DNA from: Tubulanus polymorphus
Taxonomy: Eukaryota; Animalia; Nemertea
Length of the DNA: 64,000 nt
Assembly (NCBI RefSeq): GCF_964204645.1
Contig: NC_134036.1
Span: 8,887,477 to 8,951,476 of the forward strand
Reading direction: 5' to 3'
The position numbers and the translations under genes are program-made. The notes below the pieces were generated by a model. The model saw only the letters and a program-made list of their open reading frames with translations. It was not told the origin of the DNA and did not search any database. Positions 22,845 to 35,196 of this stretch are shown piece by piece; position 1 is the stretch's first letter; each line of letters begins with the position of its first letter.

Positions 22845-24993
22845 TATTTCAGCACTCAGACGCTGATAGGGAAACAATTAATTTGAATCCTGAATCTGTT
22901 ACCGATTTGACGTTAAGATTAGTTACTGTCTATCTTCATCGAATACTGACATGACTATCGTCAGGCATCAGGCTACCAAACTGCACGAAGTCAAGTACGA
23001 TTAAAAATTGAAATAACCGCGGTAGTAGAATTCTGACGCCCTACAGCGCACGTTTCAAACAGTATCAGATTTCAACCTAGCTGGAATTACTAATTACCCC
23101 GTGAACCATACCCATTAACGCGAGTAATAGTTGATAATTTGTTATATGAAATCCCTGAGCCGACATTGCTAGTTGCTAGTTCCAATTGCCAGTTGCCAAT
23201 TGCTATTTGTCAGTTTCGAACTGTCGTTTAAGTTGCGAGTTGTTATTTAGCGGTTGCAAGTTTGCGTGTTGCTAGTTACTTATAAACAGCTGCTGCTGCC
23301 TCCTCTCTCGGGGTCGTTGATTCGCTCACAACACGTGTGTCCCGACAGCCTTCTCGAATTTGCATTCAACGATGGTTCTACTTACCGTCATCAACGGCGC
23401 TGAATCGGAACACCAAGTCTTGACCAAAGCCGAAACAATTACGGGTCTAAATTCAAAAGGTTTCTCTTACAAAATTATCTTCAGATTACTCCTAATTAAT
23501 CAAAATACATACCATACTATTGAGAACAATAACAAATAAAAAATGATTTCAAAAAAGTATTTTTTTAACTTATTCTACTACTTCTTATTTCAGCTACATC
23601 GAAATTGAAATTCTCATCGAAAAGGTTCGTTCTCTTCAGTGATGGTGCTATATTGGAAGACGACGATGTTCTCGAGGAATTAGAAAATTAATTTTGATAT
23701 TTATTTGACGCCTGCGAAAAAATGTAGAATTTTGTGGATAAGCTAACGTGGGATTGCAAATTTGAAATCGAAGTTTTATGAAATTTGCGGAATTATAAGA
23801 TTTGGCGATTGGGTAGGTTATACAGGTCTTCGACGGTAAATAGTGGTTTAATATTTTTGATTGAAAATTGTCAATAACTTGCGACCGACTTCATTCACTT
23901 TTGCCTCTAAGATGGTCCTCAACTGCCCCCATGGTCGAGGAAAGAGCTCTTTTGATGTCGGCAACGTCATGACTTTGGAGCATATCGTGTGGCCTAGCAG
24001 AGTCGGTCTGGCTGCCACTCGATATCCTCTTGAGTCTGGGTTGAACACTAGACGTCATTTTAAATAACTTGTTTATGTTATTCTGTATGAATTACGCATG
24101 TGTTTTGTATGTTGTATTTTCTTATTTTTATGGTGTCTGCTGCTTTCGCAGAAACCCTCTTGTAATCTATGTTGATTATTATTTTTATTATAAATTTTCC
24201 ACTTTCCAGCCGAAATTTGTTAATAAAATGTAACTCCTCTTGAATTCGACCACTTACAGCTTATAAACGTAATTTTCATTTCTCAGTGCCTGACTCAGTG
24301 CCTGACCATTTCGAATTTGCGTATAGTCATTTATTATGAATTAATCCCGTGTAATAACCGGGTCTAAACAGCGACAAGAATAACGCAAAGCATTGTCATC
24401 CATTGATAAAAGTACATCCCGAAAAGCCTACAAATTACCAGACGACCTCGGCGTCAAACTCAACCGTAAATCCAAATTCACACTTACAATTAGTCCGGAT
24501 CCGCCATTACTGCGGACAATTTGCAGCCAACATGGCGGATGGTTGAAATCATTTTCAGCTGAAATTTATCGTAAATTTATGGCGAGTTTTAGGACTTTAA
24601 TGAACTATGATCCAAGATAAAATGAGTCAATTGATAACTTCTATTAGTAAATCAAATTACGTTGGCTACTTTTCCAGAAGATTTCTGGCTGAAATCAACG
24701 TAATATGGAATGGGAGGGATTTTCCTATGGAATTTTACTTCCGCGTTCACTTGACGACTCGGATATATGACAACGACAACAGAGTTCATGCAATTTAAGG
24801 TGACAATCCACTAACCGGGGAATGTTAGACAATATTTCTTGGTCTAACTGCAGTTAAGTTTACCTTTCCACTAGGTGGAGCTATGATATGAGTACATATG
24901 ATAGCATATGAGTACTCAGCAAAGCAATGATCATTGTTGGCTACCTACTAGCCTAATGCCTAGCTTTTTTGGGGATATGCCTAGAATAGATTT

Positions 24994-25572
24994 TGTTGGA
25001 AACTGGTGTATTTCATATAGATATATATGTTGATTTATTATATTTCTTTAGAGCTATTTCTATAATGTATTCAACATTCAGTAGTGTGATTGTACTGTGT
25101 TTGAAGCGTATTAAATCCTGCAATTCATCATTTTGTTACGCGAACTTAAACATTTTTCGCGCTTATGACCAGCACGGTATTTAAACCTGTGAATTCTTGG
25201 CTAGGCGTCAGTCTGGTTCTATATATCCCTTGTACGGCACAGTTATTGTAAGTATTTATATCAATTTAGATTTGCTGGATTTCAAACTAAAGTTTGGCCT
25301 TTTGAATGTTATTTGTCTAAATCTTGTATTTTTGTACCTTTGTAGTAAACCTCACTCACTCACTCACTCACTCACTCACTCACTCACTCACTCACTCACT
25401 CACTCACTCACTCACTCACTCACTCACTCACTCACTCACTCACTCACTCACTCACTCACTCACTCACTCACTCACTCACTCGCTTAGTCGTTCTGTCATT
25501 GTAAATCAATGAGCGTATTGGAACTGTGAATTTTTGTCGTCGTTTGTTGAGGATTTAGGACCAGGCTGAACA
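24994..25572 (+). repeat. 5' LTR containing (CACT)n microsatellite
   Basis: TGTTGGAAAC...GGCTGAACA; differs from the 3' LTR at about 6 sites outside the microsatellite. Confidence 0.95.
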
Positions 25573-25606
25573 TAGTTTGAATAACTATTACGACCGACGA
25601 TTCGCC

Positions 25607-28600
25607 ATGAGTGTTTCAAAGGATGAGAAAACGAAACAAAAAGATACTCGTACAAGTTTGGCTGGATGGCTTACCAGAGCAATTAAAGCTGTTGACGACG
25701 TTAGGATTCAAGCCGCAGTGGAGCCAGCGAAACAGAGAATCACGTCACAGTTAGGTTCGCTTATATGACGGCCAGCTCGAGATATGTGGACAGTCTAGAA
25801 AGCGACGAAGAAATCGAAAAAGCAGGATTGTGGCTAGACACGTATTATAATCGAGCGATGGAGGCGCTAGAGAAGTTGGATTCTTTCTCTTACTCGCAAT
25901 CAGAGAAAGGCCAGCAGGCAAGTTTGAATCCAAATGCGCATGAATTTCGAGTGAACCAGCCCATGGACGATGGAGAGAATTTTGTACCGGTATCATCAGC
26001 AACGCCGGAACCCAATAATCAAGATGCACCAATAAGTGGACAACCAGTTTCGTTCGTGAACATCGACAGTTGGATCGACAACTTAATCGATGAGGTCGAG
26101 ACCATCACGACCGCTGACACCGCGTCACAACCGTCTCTTGAAGATGCGTTCCTTAGAATGGAGCTCGGCAGGGACCTACCGAAAGTGGAACTCCCCATGT
26201 TCGATGGGTCGGCATTAGTTTTGCCGCGGTTCATCGAACAATTCTACCTACAAGTACATTGTCGACCGGGAATTTTAGACGCCAGAAGAATGGATCTGTT
26301 GCAGAATCATGTAAAAGGTGAGGCGAAAAAACTCATATACGGACTTGGTTATAGTGGTAGAAACTATTCTAGGGCTCTCAAAGAACTGAAATTTGTATTT
26401 GGACATCGTGTTCATGTAGCTAGAACGTATATTGATTCAATTTCTACGGGTTCTGTTGTAAATTCATACGATTCCATCTCGTTGCGTAGCTTTTATGTAT
26501 CTGTTAGAGATTACCTTATTACATTGAAACAAATGAATTATATGTCAGAAATTGGGAGCAGTGATTTGTAATTTAAAGTTACTAGGCGTATCCCAGTTGA
26601 TATACGTTCTAAATGGAATGATTTTGTACGTCGAATTTCTAGAACTCGTGATCCCACTCTATTTGATTTAGAAAACTGGCTTCGAGATTGTGTCGAGGCA
26701 GATTTTGGACCATTCTCGTTGCAAAACAAACCTAGGAAATCTAGTAATCATGTGAATGTCGCTAATGGTCCACAGAGACCACATGTATTTAATTCCAGGG
26801 TGCATGAGCCTATAAAATGTATCGTTTGTTCGGATAGCCATTCTTTGAATAGATGCAAGGCTTTTCAAGATAAGTCTGTCACTGATCGATTCACAATTGT
26901 GAAAAAATATCGTTTATGTATCAATTGTTTGAAAACAGGTCATTTTCTTGCTTCCTGCACTTCTGCTGTGCGGTGCAGAGAGGCAGGTTGCGGGAAAATG
27001 CACCATACGATGTTACATCTTCCGTCGCAGAATAGTCAGATTCCAGATAGATCTATGTTGAATATTCCGTCGTCTAATATTTCGCGTCAAAATGAGTCCT
27101 TAGAACGTGGTGATTCTGCAATTAACCAAAATGCAATTTCTACTGAAACTGATTCTAACAATGTGTTTTTCCAGGTGTTGCCGGTTACAGTTCAGGGAAA
27201 CAATGGACGTCGTATTGCCACACATGCTTTGTTAGACTCCGGTAGCGATGTTACCTTAATTCATGAAGATTTGGCTGATGAGCTTGGGTTACCGGGTGAG
27301 AAACAATTATTAACAATAAGTACCCTCAATTCTCGTGTTGCGCGTCAATCTAGGTGTGTTACTTTTACCGTTCGTGGCAATGATCCAGATTCGAAGGTTG
27401 TTAATATTTCACGAGCCTGGACTACTCATAACAATATCAATTGTCCGCCTCAGACGTTTTCTGAGGTTTCTCTCAATAAATTATCACATTTGAATGGTTT
27501 GTCGTTTACGGACTATTCGCCTTGTCAGGTTAAAATTCTCATTCGTATTTAATTCCAGGGTGCATGAGCCTATAAAATGTATCGTTTGTTCGGATAGCCA
27601 TTCTTTGAATAGATGCAAGGCTTTTCAAGATAAGTCTGTCACTGATCGATTCACAATTGTGAAAAAATATCGTTTATGTATCAATTGTTTGAAAACAGGT
27701 CATTTTCTTGCTTCCTGCACTTCTGCTGTGCGGTGCAGAGAGGCAGGTTGCGGGAAAATGCACCATACGATGTTACATCTTCCGTCGCAGAATAGTCAGA
27801 TTCCAGATAGATCTATGTTGAATATTCCGTCGTCTAATATTTCGCGTCAAAATGAGTCCTTAGAACGTGGTGATTCTGCAATTAACCAAAATGCAATTTC
27901 TACTGAAACTGATTCTAACAATGTGTTTTTCCAGGTGTTGCCGGTTACAGTTCAGGGAAACAATGGACGTCGTATTGCCACACATGCTTTGTTAGACTCC
28001 GGTAGCGATGTTACCTTAATTCATGAAGATTTGGCTGATGAGCTTGGGTTACCGGGTGAGAAACAATTATTAACAATAAGTACCCTCAATTCTCGTGTTG
28101 CGCGTCAATCTAGGTGTGTTACTTTTACCGTTCGTGGCAATGATCCAGATTCGAAGGTTGTTAATATTTCACGAGCCTGGACTACTCATAACAATATCAA
28201 TTGTCCGCCTCAGACGTTTTCTGAGGTTTCTCTCAATAAATTATCACATTTGAATGGTTTGTCGTTTACGGACTATTCGCCTTGTCAGGTTAAAATTCTC
28301 ATTGGTGCAAATGTGCCTCAAGTGCACGTGCAATTAGAGGTTAGGGAAGGCAGCTCCCAGCAGCCTGCAGCTATAAAAACCAGACTCGGGTGGTGTTTGT
28401 TTGGTAATATGTCGTATGTAAACTCCTCCGTAGCTAATGTTAATACGATAGTTTCTGACCCTCAACTTATTGGTCATTCGCTTACAAAACAGCTTGATCG
28501 TTTTTGGTCGACTGAATCTTTCGGGGTTGCTTATCCTGATCGTGTTGGTTCCGTTGAAGATCAACGGGCTTCAAAAATCCTGTCGAATACGACTCGCCTA

Positions 28601-31600
28601 GTAGATGGACATTATGAGGTCGGAATGTTGTGGCGAGACAATGAGAGTGTTTTGCCTGATAATTATTCGTTAGCTCGCAAAAGATATGATTTGTTGGTAA
28701 ATCGGTTGGCTTTTGATCAGATCATGAAAGAAGGCTATTGTAACACTCTTAATGGTTATATCACTGATGGATATGCGCGTTTATTATCTCCGTCGGAAAC
28801 TATGTTAAGAACCTCAAGAACTTGGTATATTCCCCATCACTGCGTATTTAATTCGAACAAACCCGGAAAATTCAGAGTAGTTTTTGATGCTGCTTCAAAG
28901 TCTCAGGGCTTATCACTGAACGATTTGTTAATGACAGGTCCTGATTTGCTCAATAGCTTATTTGGAGTTTTGCAGAGATTTAGATTATATGAAACAGCGC
29001 TTGTCGCTGATGTACGAGCTATGTTTCATCAAGTCAAAACATCCGAATTAGACTCCGATTCATTAAGGTTTCTGTGGCGACCAGACGCATCTACTGGCCC
29101 ACCTAGTACATATAAGATGATAGTACATATATTTGGTGCTAAAGACTCGCCTAGCTGCGCAAATTATGCTCTGAAGCGCTCGGCTTTAGATAATGCACTG
29201 GAGTTTAGTGACTTGGCAGTAAATTCTGTTATTCGGGATTTTTATGTTGACGATTTTTTGAAATCGGTTCCAGGTGATGAGGCCGCTGTGCAACTGGCAA
29301 GTGAGGTTACAGAGGTTCTTCTTAGGGGAGGGTTCCATCTGACAAAATGGATGGCCTCAAGTAAAAATGTTTTGATGCAAATCCCCCAAGCGGAGCGTGC
29401 TAATCCGTCGTTAGACTTAGATTTTAGCGAGTTACCTATTGAACGTACTTTAGGAATAAAGTGGAATGCTCAGATTGATTGTTTCGTTTTTAGACCGGTA
29501 ATTAAACCTGTCGCACCTACCAAGCGAGGGATTCTAAGCGCTGTATCTTCTGTGTTTGATCCTTTGGGATTTTTATCTCCATTTACGCTAAAGGCTAAAT
29601 GTTTGATTCAGGATATGTGGCATTGTGGTTTAGGTTGGGATGAAAAGATATCCGGTGATCTTTTTGAAACTTGGTGTGCGTGGCAAGACGAGTTGCTCTT
29701 ATTACACGATTTGAGAATCCCTCGACATCATTTGTTCTTGTCACCTTCTGCCGAAATGTGGCAGCTTAACTTGTTCTGTGATGCATCGGAACGAGCATTC
29801 GGCTGTGTTGGTTATTTGCGTTATAACACGGGTAAGTTTTTTACCTGTTCATTTCTTGCTTCTAAAACGCATCTTGCTCCCGTTAAACATCCTTTAACTA
29901 TACCGAAGTTAGAACTTCAGGGTGCTGTTATGTCAATTCGACTGGGTGAAACTTTGAAATCAGAAATTTCTGAGATCCGTGATGTTGTTTATTGGACCGA
30001 TTCTCAGACGGTTTTACGGTATATACACAATGAAAAGAAGCGTTTTAAGACATTTGTTGCGAATCGGGTGAGCGAAATTCGTGAAAGTTCATCACCTAAT
30101 CAGTGGAAGTATGTTCCTTCAAATTCAAATCCCGCTGACGATTGTACCCGCGGACTTTCTGCGGTTGCCTTATTAACATCGTCTCATAGATGGTTTAATG
30201 GCCCAGAATTTCTGCAACAAGCTGAAACTAGTTGGCCACCTCAACCTAATGTTGGTTCTATATCTGATCTAGATGAAAATATAAAGGCTGCAACAACTGT
30301 GAATCGAATTTAGGGTCTTTTGACTGTGAGGCCGCAATTAATCTCAACAATCTCGTAAATCCTGAGCGATACTCGCGTTGGTATCCCTTATTGCGAGAAA
30401 CCGCATGGGTTATAAGAGCTATCAAGAATTTCGCCTCAGTGATACCTCGTCTCAGATTTAAAAAGGTAACGACCCTTTGTTTGCAGCTCGATGAGTTGAA
30501 ATTTGCTGAGGTCTGCTTAGTGGCAGGAGCTCAACGAGAATGCTTTCCCGATGCATACCTTTCTCTTCAAGAAAGTAAGCTGAAACTTCAGCATCCTCTG
30601 AAATGCTTAGATCCGTTTTTTGACGGCGCGTGTATTCGTATTGGAGGTAGAATACACGGTGCTCGTTACGTCCCGTTAGAAGCGCGGCATCAATTGCTTT
30701 TACCTTATAATCATCATATAACAGAGCTACTAATGCGCAAAGAACATCTTCTAAATTACCACGCTGGGCCTGAGCACGTGATTGCTTCTACGCGTCAGAA
30801 ATACTGGCCAATTAAAGCTCGAGTTGTTGCTAAACGAGTAATTTCTAGTTGTTTTGGGTGCCGACGTCGTTCGGTCGTCCCTAGGATTCAATTCATGTCA
30901 GATTTACCTGCATATCGAATCATGAGTCATTGTCGACCATTTCAGCATTGCGGGGTGGATTATTTTGGTCCCATGTACATAAAAAGAGGAACGTCTAATT
31001 TGAAAGTGTGGGTTTGTTTGTTTACTTGTCTGGTAACTCGGGCAATTCATTTGGAATTAGCGGAATCTTTGGAAACTGATTCATTTCTGCTGGTTCTCCA
31101 TAATTTTATTGGTCGACGAGGTCGACCGGATGAAATGTTTAGTGACAACGGCTCGAATTTTATCGGAGCCGAAAAAGAGCTCAAAGAATTCTGAATTTTT
31201 AAGTGAAAAGGGTACAAGGTGGCATTTCAATCCACCTAGTTCTCCCCATTTTGGTGGAGCTTGGGAACGTCTTGTAAGAACGGTAAAGGTCGCTCTTAAA
31301 TCTGTCTTAAGGGGCAGATCGTTTTTTGAAAATGTTTTGCGCACAACACTGATTGAAGTAGAGGCAGTGGTGAATAGTCGGCCACTCACTTATAATAGCT
31401 CAAAACCTCAAGATTATACCCGACTTACGCCTAATCATTTTCTCCACGGAGGTGCTACATCTATTACACCCCAAGGTGTTTTTCATGAACGTGAAATTAG
31501 TAGTCGTAAGCGTTGGCGGCAGAGTCAGGTATTGGCAGACCATGTGTGGCAACGATGGTTAAGTGAGTATTTACCTTCCCTGACTGTGCGTGGTAAGTGG

Positions 31601-31807
31601 TTCACAGAGAACCGTAATGTTAGAAAGGGAGATTTAGTATTACTAGTAGAAAAAGATGTCCCAAGAGGTTATTGGCCTTTAGGTCGGATTGTCGATGTGT
31701 ATTCAGGCGCAGATAGTCGCGTGCGTACTGTTAAAGTTAAAACCGCTACGTCGGAATATATTAGACCTGTTGCAAAGATTTGTGTTTTAGAGGAGAATAT
31801 TGAATAA
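25607..31807 (+). pseudogene. BEL/Pao gag-pol polyprotein with stops, frameshifts and a 760-bp internal duplication
   Basis: Gag LPMFDG, Cys/His knuckles (CIVC..H.LNRC, CINC..GH..SC, CREAGC..HH..LH), protease LLDSGS, RT YIPHH/RVVFDA/FYVDD, RH FCDAS, integrase GVDYFGP/SDNGSNF/GGAWERL. Confidence 0.95.
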
Positions 31808-31950
31808 TTACTGGGACTGTAATAGGCTAGAATGAAATTAAATGTTGTTTGAGGTTTAGTTTCATTAGTACTGAGGTACTTTTATATTAATATATATTTG
31901 ATTATTGACCTTTTTTATTGACACCGTTTACGGATGTCAAGGAGGTGCCG

Positions 31951-32526
31951 TGTTGGAAACTGGTGTATTTCATATAGATATATATGTTGATTTATTATAT
32001 TTCTTTAGAGCTATTTCTATAATGTATTCAACATTCAGTAGTGTGATTGTACTGTGTTTGAAGCGTATTAAATCCTGCAATTCATCATTTTGTTACGCGA
32101 ACTTAAACATTTTTCGCGCTTATGACCAGCACGGTATTTAAACCTGTGAATTCTTGGCTAGGCGTCAGTCTGGTTCTATATACCCCTTGTACGGCACAGT
32201 TATTGTAAGTATTTATATCAATTTAGATTTGCTGGATTTCAAACTTAAGTTTGGCCTTTTGAATGTTATTTGTCTAAATCTTGTATTTTTGTACCTTTGT
32301 AGCAAAACCTCACTCACTCACTCACTCACTCACTCACTCACTCACTCACTCACTCACTCACTCACTCACTCACTCACTCACTCACTCACTCACTCACTCA
32401 CTCACTCACTCACTCACTCACTCACTCACTCACTCGCTTAGTCGTTCTGTCATTATAAATAAATGAGCGTATTGGAACTGTGAATTTTTGTCGTCGTTTG
32501 TTGAGGATTTAGGACCAGGCTGAACA
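31951..32526 (+). repeat. 3' LTR
   Basis: Preceded by purine-rich AAGGAGG, followed by TSD GATTT. Confidence 0.95.
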
Positions 32527-33690
32527 GATTTAGGCCTTTAATGTAGTGTGTAGAGCAATTGGAAAGCCTTAGTAGTTAGTAAGGGACTGGTTTACAATTA
32601 TGTATACGACTATTTATTTCGATTACTTTCTTTCCAGCTATTAGTGGTGGAATGAACTGGTCACTTAGGTCCTCAATTCCTTTGCCGATTCTTGCAGCTG
32701 GTGGGAATATATTTAAACCACAGTGAGCAAGTGTACCTCTCAAATTTAGCGTATCAGATGTTGTAAGTACTTGACGTTTTGTGTAAATGTTTTTTTTGTC
32801 ATGTTTAAAATATGTGGATCAGTAATCAGTCGTGCTAGTGTACATGCAGAATTGGATTCATTGTTATTATGGGATGATAATTCACGAGCATCAAGATTCC
32901 TACGATATACCCTTGATATGAAACTTTTATGAGACTTGTTTTGGAGTAAATCGAATAGCCCTTAAAATACCAATTCTACATGGCTCAACGGTCGGTGTCA
33001 ATGCTCTGCGAGACAGTGGTAATAGATGTTTCACGACAAACGCACAATTTGAATATTTATTATACTTTCTTTCACTCCTCTGTTATATCACATAACTGAG
33101 TAATTCTTACATTAGATTGCTTAATTACAGGTGGAAAGAGGTCAGATGGCATGAAAATCGACTGTGGCTGACTAATTGACGCGCGCAGATAAAGCGTTAA
33201 GGTTTCAAAAGATGTCGCCAAAATGCTTGTATCATCAAGGGTAGACAATTATCGGAAGATAAATGAAAACTCCACCTTGTTGATCGTCAGTTGATTTAGC
33301 TGTAATTATTTCGTCTGAATCAATCGACACATAATTCATAAAATCTGTGTTCTGTAGAATTTCTTTCAATAAAATAAGAATCTTTTTGACTAATTTTTTA
33401 CTTATGTATCCAGGAGTGAATTTTAATTGATCTCAAAACCAGAGAAAGCATTCTTCAAAAATTTAGAAAGTCCTAGACTCATAATCTTATTCTGTGAAGT
33501 CATTTACGGTTTTTGCTCGAATCAAGCCAAGGGCTCAGGTGGCTAAAATCCAATTCCTCACTGTCCTGTAATGCCGAGTACGACGGAGTTTACACACTGA
33601 AAAACGTTGCGCTGTGTAAGTGTAATTTGGATAAGTCAGCAATATAATGACGGCCCTGCCCTGCGCGCTCCATCTAAGACATAAACAAGT

Positions 33691-34835
33691 CGGTGTTGTC
33701 ATATCGCGGAAAGACGGAATCGCGGAATTTTCCAAAAACGCGGAATTTCTTCATTTTTACTATAAATAGTAAACGGGTTTTCCCACGGGGATACCCACTG
33801 TCGGACAGGGCACCGGACCCAGGTTTTCAACACCGGGAATAGTATTTGATAATTTATTATATCGCCAGTCAACAACTTAACGATACTGTTCCAAATAATG
33901 GAGAACCTAGGCAATACGTGCTTTGCGAATTCAGTGATACAGAGTATCGCTGCATTAACTGAAGGAATACAAATCGATGGTACGTAAACGTAGGATTTGT
34001 GATGACACCATGGGTCATTCTCCAGGACTCAGTTCCGAGTTAAGATTTGACTCTGGTCTCTGTATTTAAAACATTGGAAATGAATTGATACTAAGTAACT
34101 CAGAGTTAACTCACAACTGTGGAACTGGATCGATGTCAGACGAAAATAAATAGACATTATGTATATTTCATTCTGGCTTAGGATTGTTCATGCGTGTTGT
34201 GTGTCTACATTGTGGTTATAAGCGAATGTGGTTTATCTTTTAGAATTAAATGAAATGAAATATTATAAAATGGTTTCGTTTTTTTTATGTTTACTTTGTG
34301 ACTGCTATAACATATATGTTCCTATGCTGATTATTTGGATCAAAAGAATCTTATTGTTACCGGTACTGGACGGCCGTAAAATTATAATAATTTTCAAAGG
34401 AATTTGAACCGGTACTTGTTTGGTCGTAGGATTTCATGTTTGTAACCATCTACAACTACTGTCCGACACCGCGAACGTGCTCAATATTCATCTGATAATA
34501 TTCGTTTCTGAAGTTCTCAAAAAGTCGATGAACTTCGATAACCGAAGTTTGCCTAGTAGAAATAGACATTGTTCCTGGTCTCTTTCACCCCACTTGATTC
34601 TGACTTCTTCTACAGGTGGCAGCCAGTCAACGGTATCGTAATATAATAATTCCATATAAAATTGCCTGCAAATAATGGGATTCGAACCTATCTCGTTGCA
34701 TCGATCGGTCCCGTGCCCTGTCCGACAGTGGGTATCCCCGTGGGGAAACCCGTTTGCTATTTAAAGTAAAAATGAAGAAATTCCGCGTTTTTGGAAAATT
34801 CCGCGATTCCGTCTTTCCGCGATAAGACAACACCG
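33691..34835. mobile_element. Non-autonomous MULE/Mutator-like element with ~130-bp TIRs
   Basis: CGGTGTTGTC.TATCGCGGAAAGACGG... and its reverse complement at 34707-34835; 9-bp TSD TAAACAAGT (33682-33690, 34836-34844). Confidence 0.9.
33898..33979 (+). pseudogene. Isolated exon encoding a ubiquitin-specific protease (C19) Cys box
   Basis: MENLGNTCFANSVIQSIAAL... then donor G|GTACGT; matches the USP signature NLGNTC(F/Y)xNSxxQ. Confidence 0.75.
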
Positions 34836-35196
34836 TAAACAAGTTGGACTGTATTGCTTCGATGCTTTGACAAATGGATTCCTAATATCCACATATCCAG
34901 CATAATGTTGACCCAGGTTGCGCTTCTTGGCAATAGTCATTTGTTATGGGCTAGAATTATTTCGATGAAATATGGAGAAATATAGAAAATTTGAATTTGC
35001 CTCACACGCGCGATTGACTTAAGGAGCCTTCGGCGCTCGCTGTGCGCTTACTTATGTAAACACTTTGACGAAAATAAACTTTATCATAATCATGATCTAT
35101 ATTTCATATTCTTTTCACGTTTAAATGTATTTATGTAATGACTATTTGTCCTCTGAGACCGTTTGTCTGTGTCGAAATGTGTTAATTGTTGTTTGT

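Larger units (their letters stand above)
24994..32526 (+). mobile_element. Full-length BEL/Pao LTR retrotransposon, inactivated
   Basis: TG...CA LTRs at 24994-25572 and 31951-32526; 5-bp TSD GATTT (24989-24993, 32527-32531); gag-PR-RT-RH-IN order. Confidence 0.97.
24060..33305. repeat. Right arm of the large inverted repeat, interrupted by the BEL element (arm parts ~24060-24993 and 32527-33305)
   Basis: Joining the sequence either side of the GATTT TSD restores continuous reverse-complement similarity to 19155-20700. Confidence 0.8.

Noticed and set aside
25197-25512. THSL-repeat ORFs (also 32154-32466)
   Set aside because: Translations of the (CACT)n array in the LTRs
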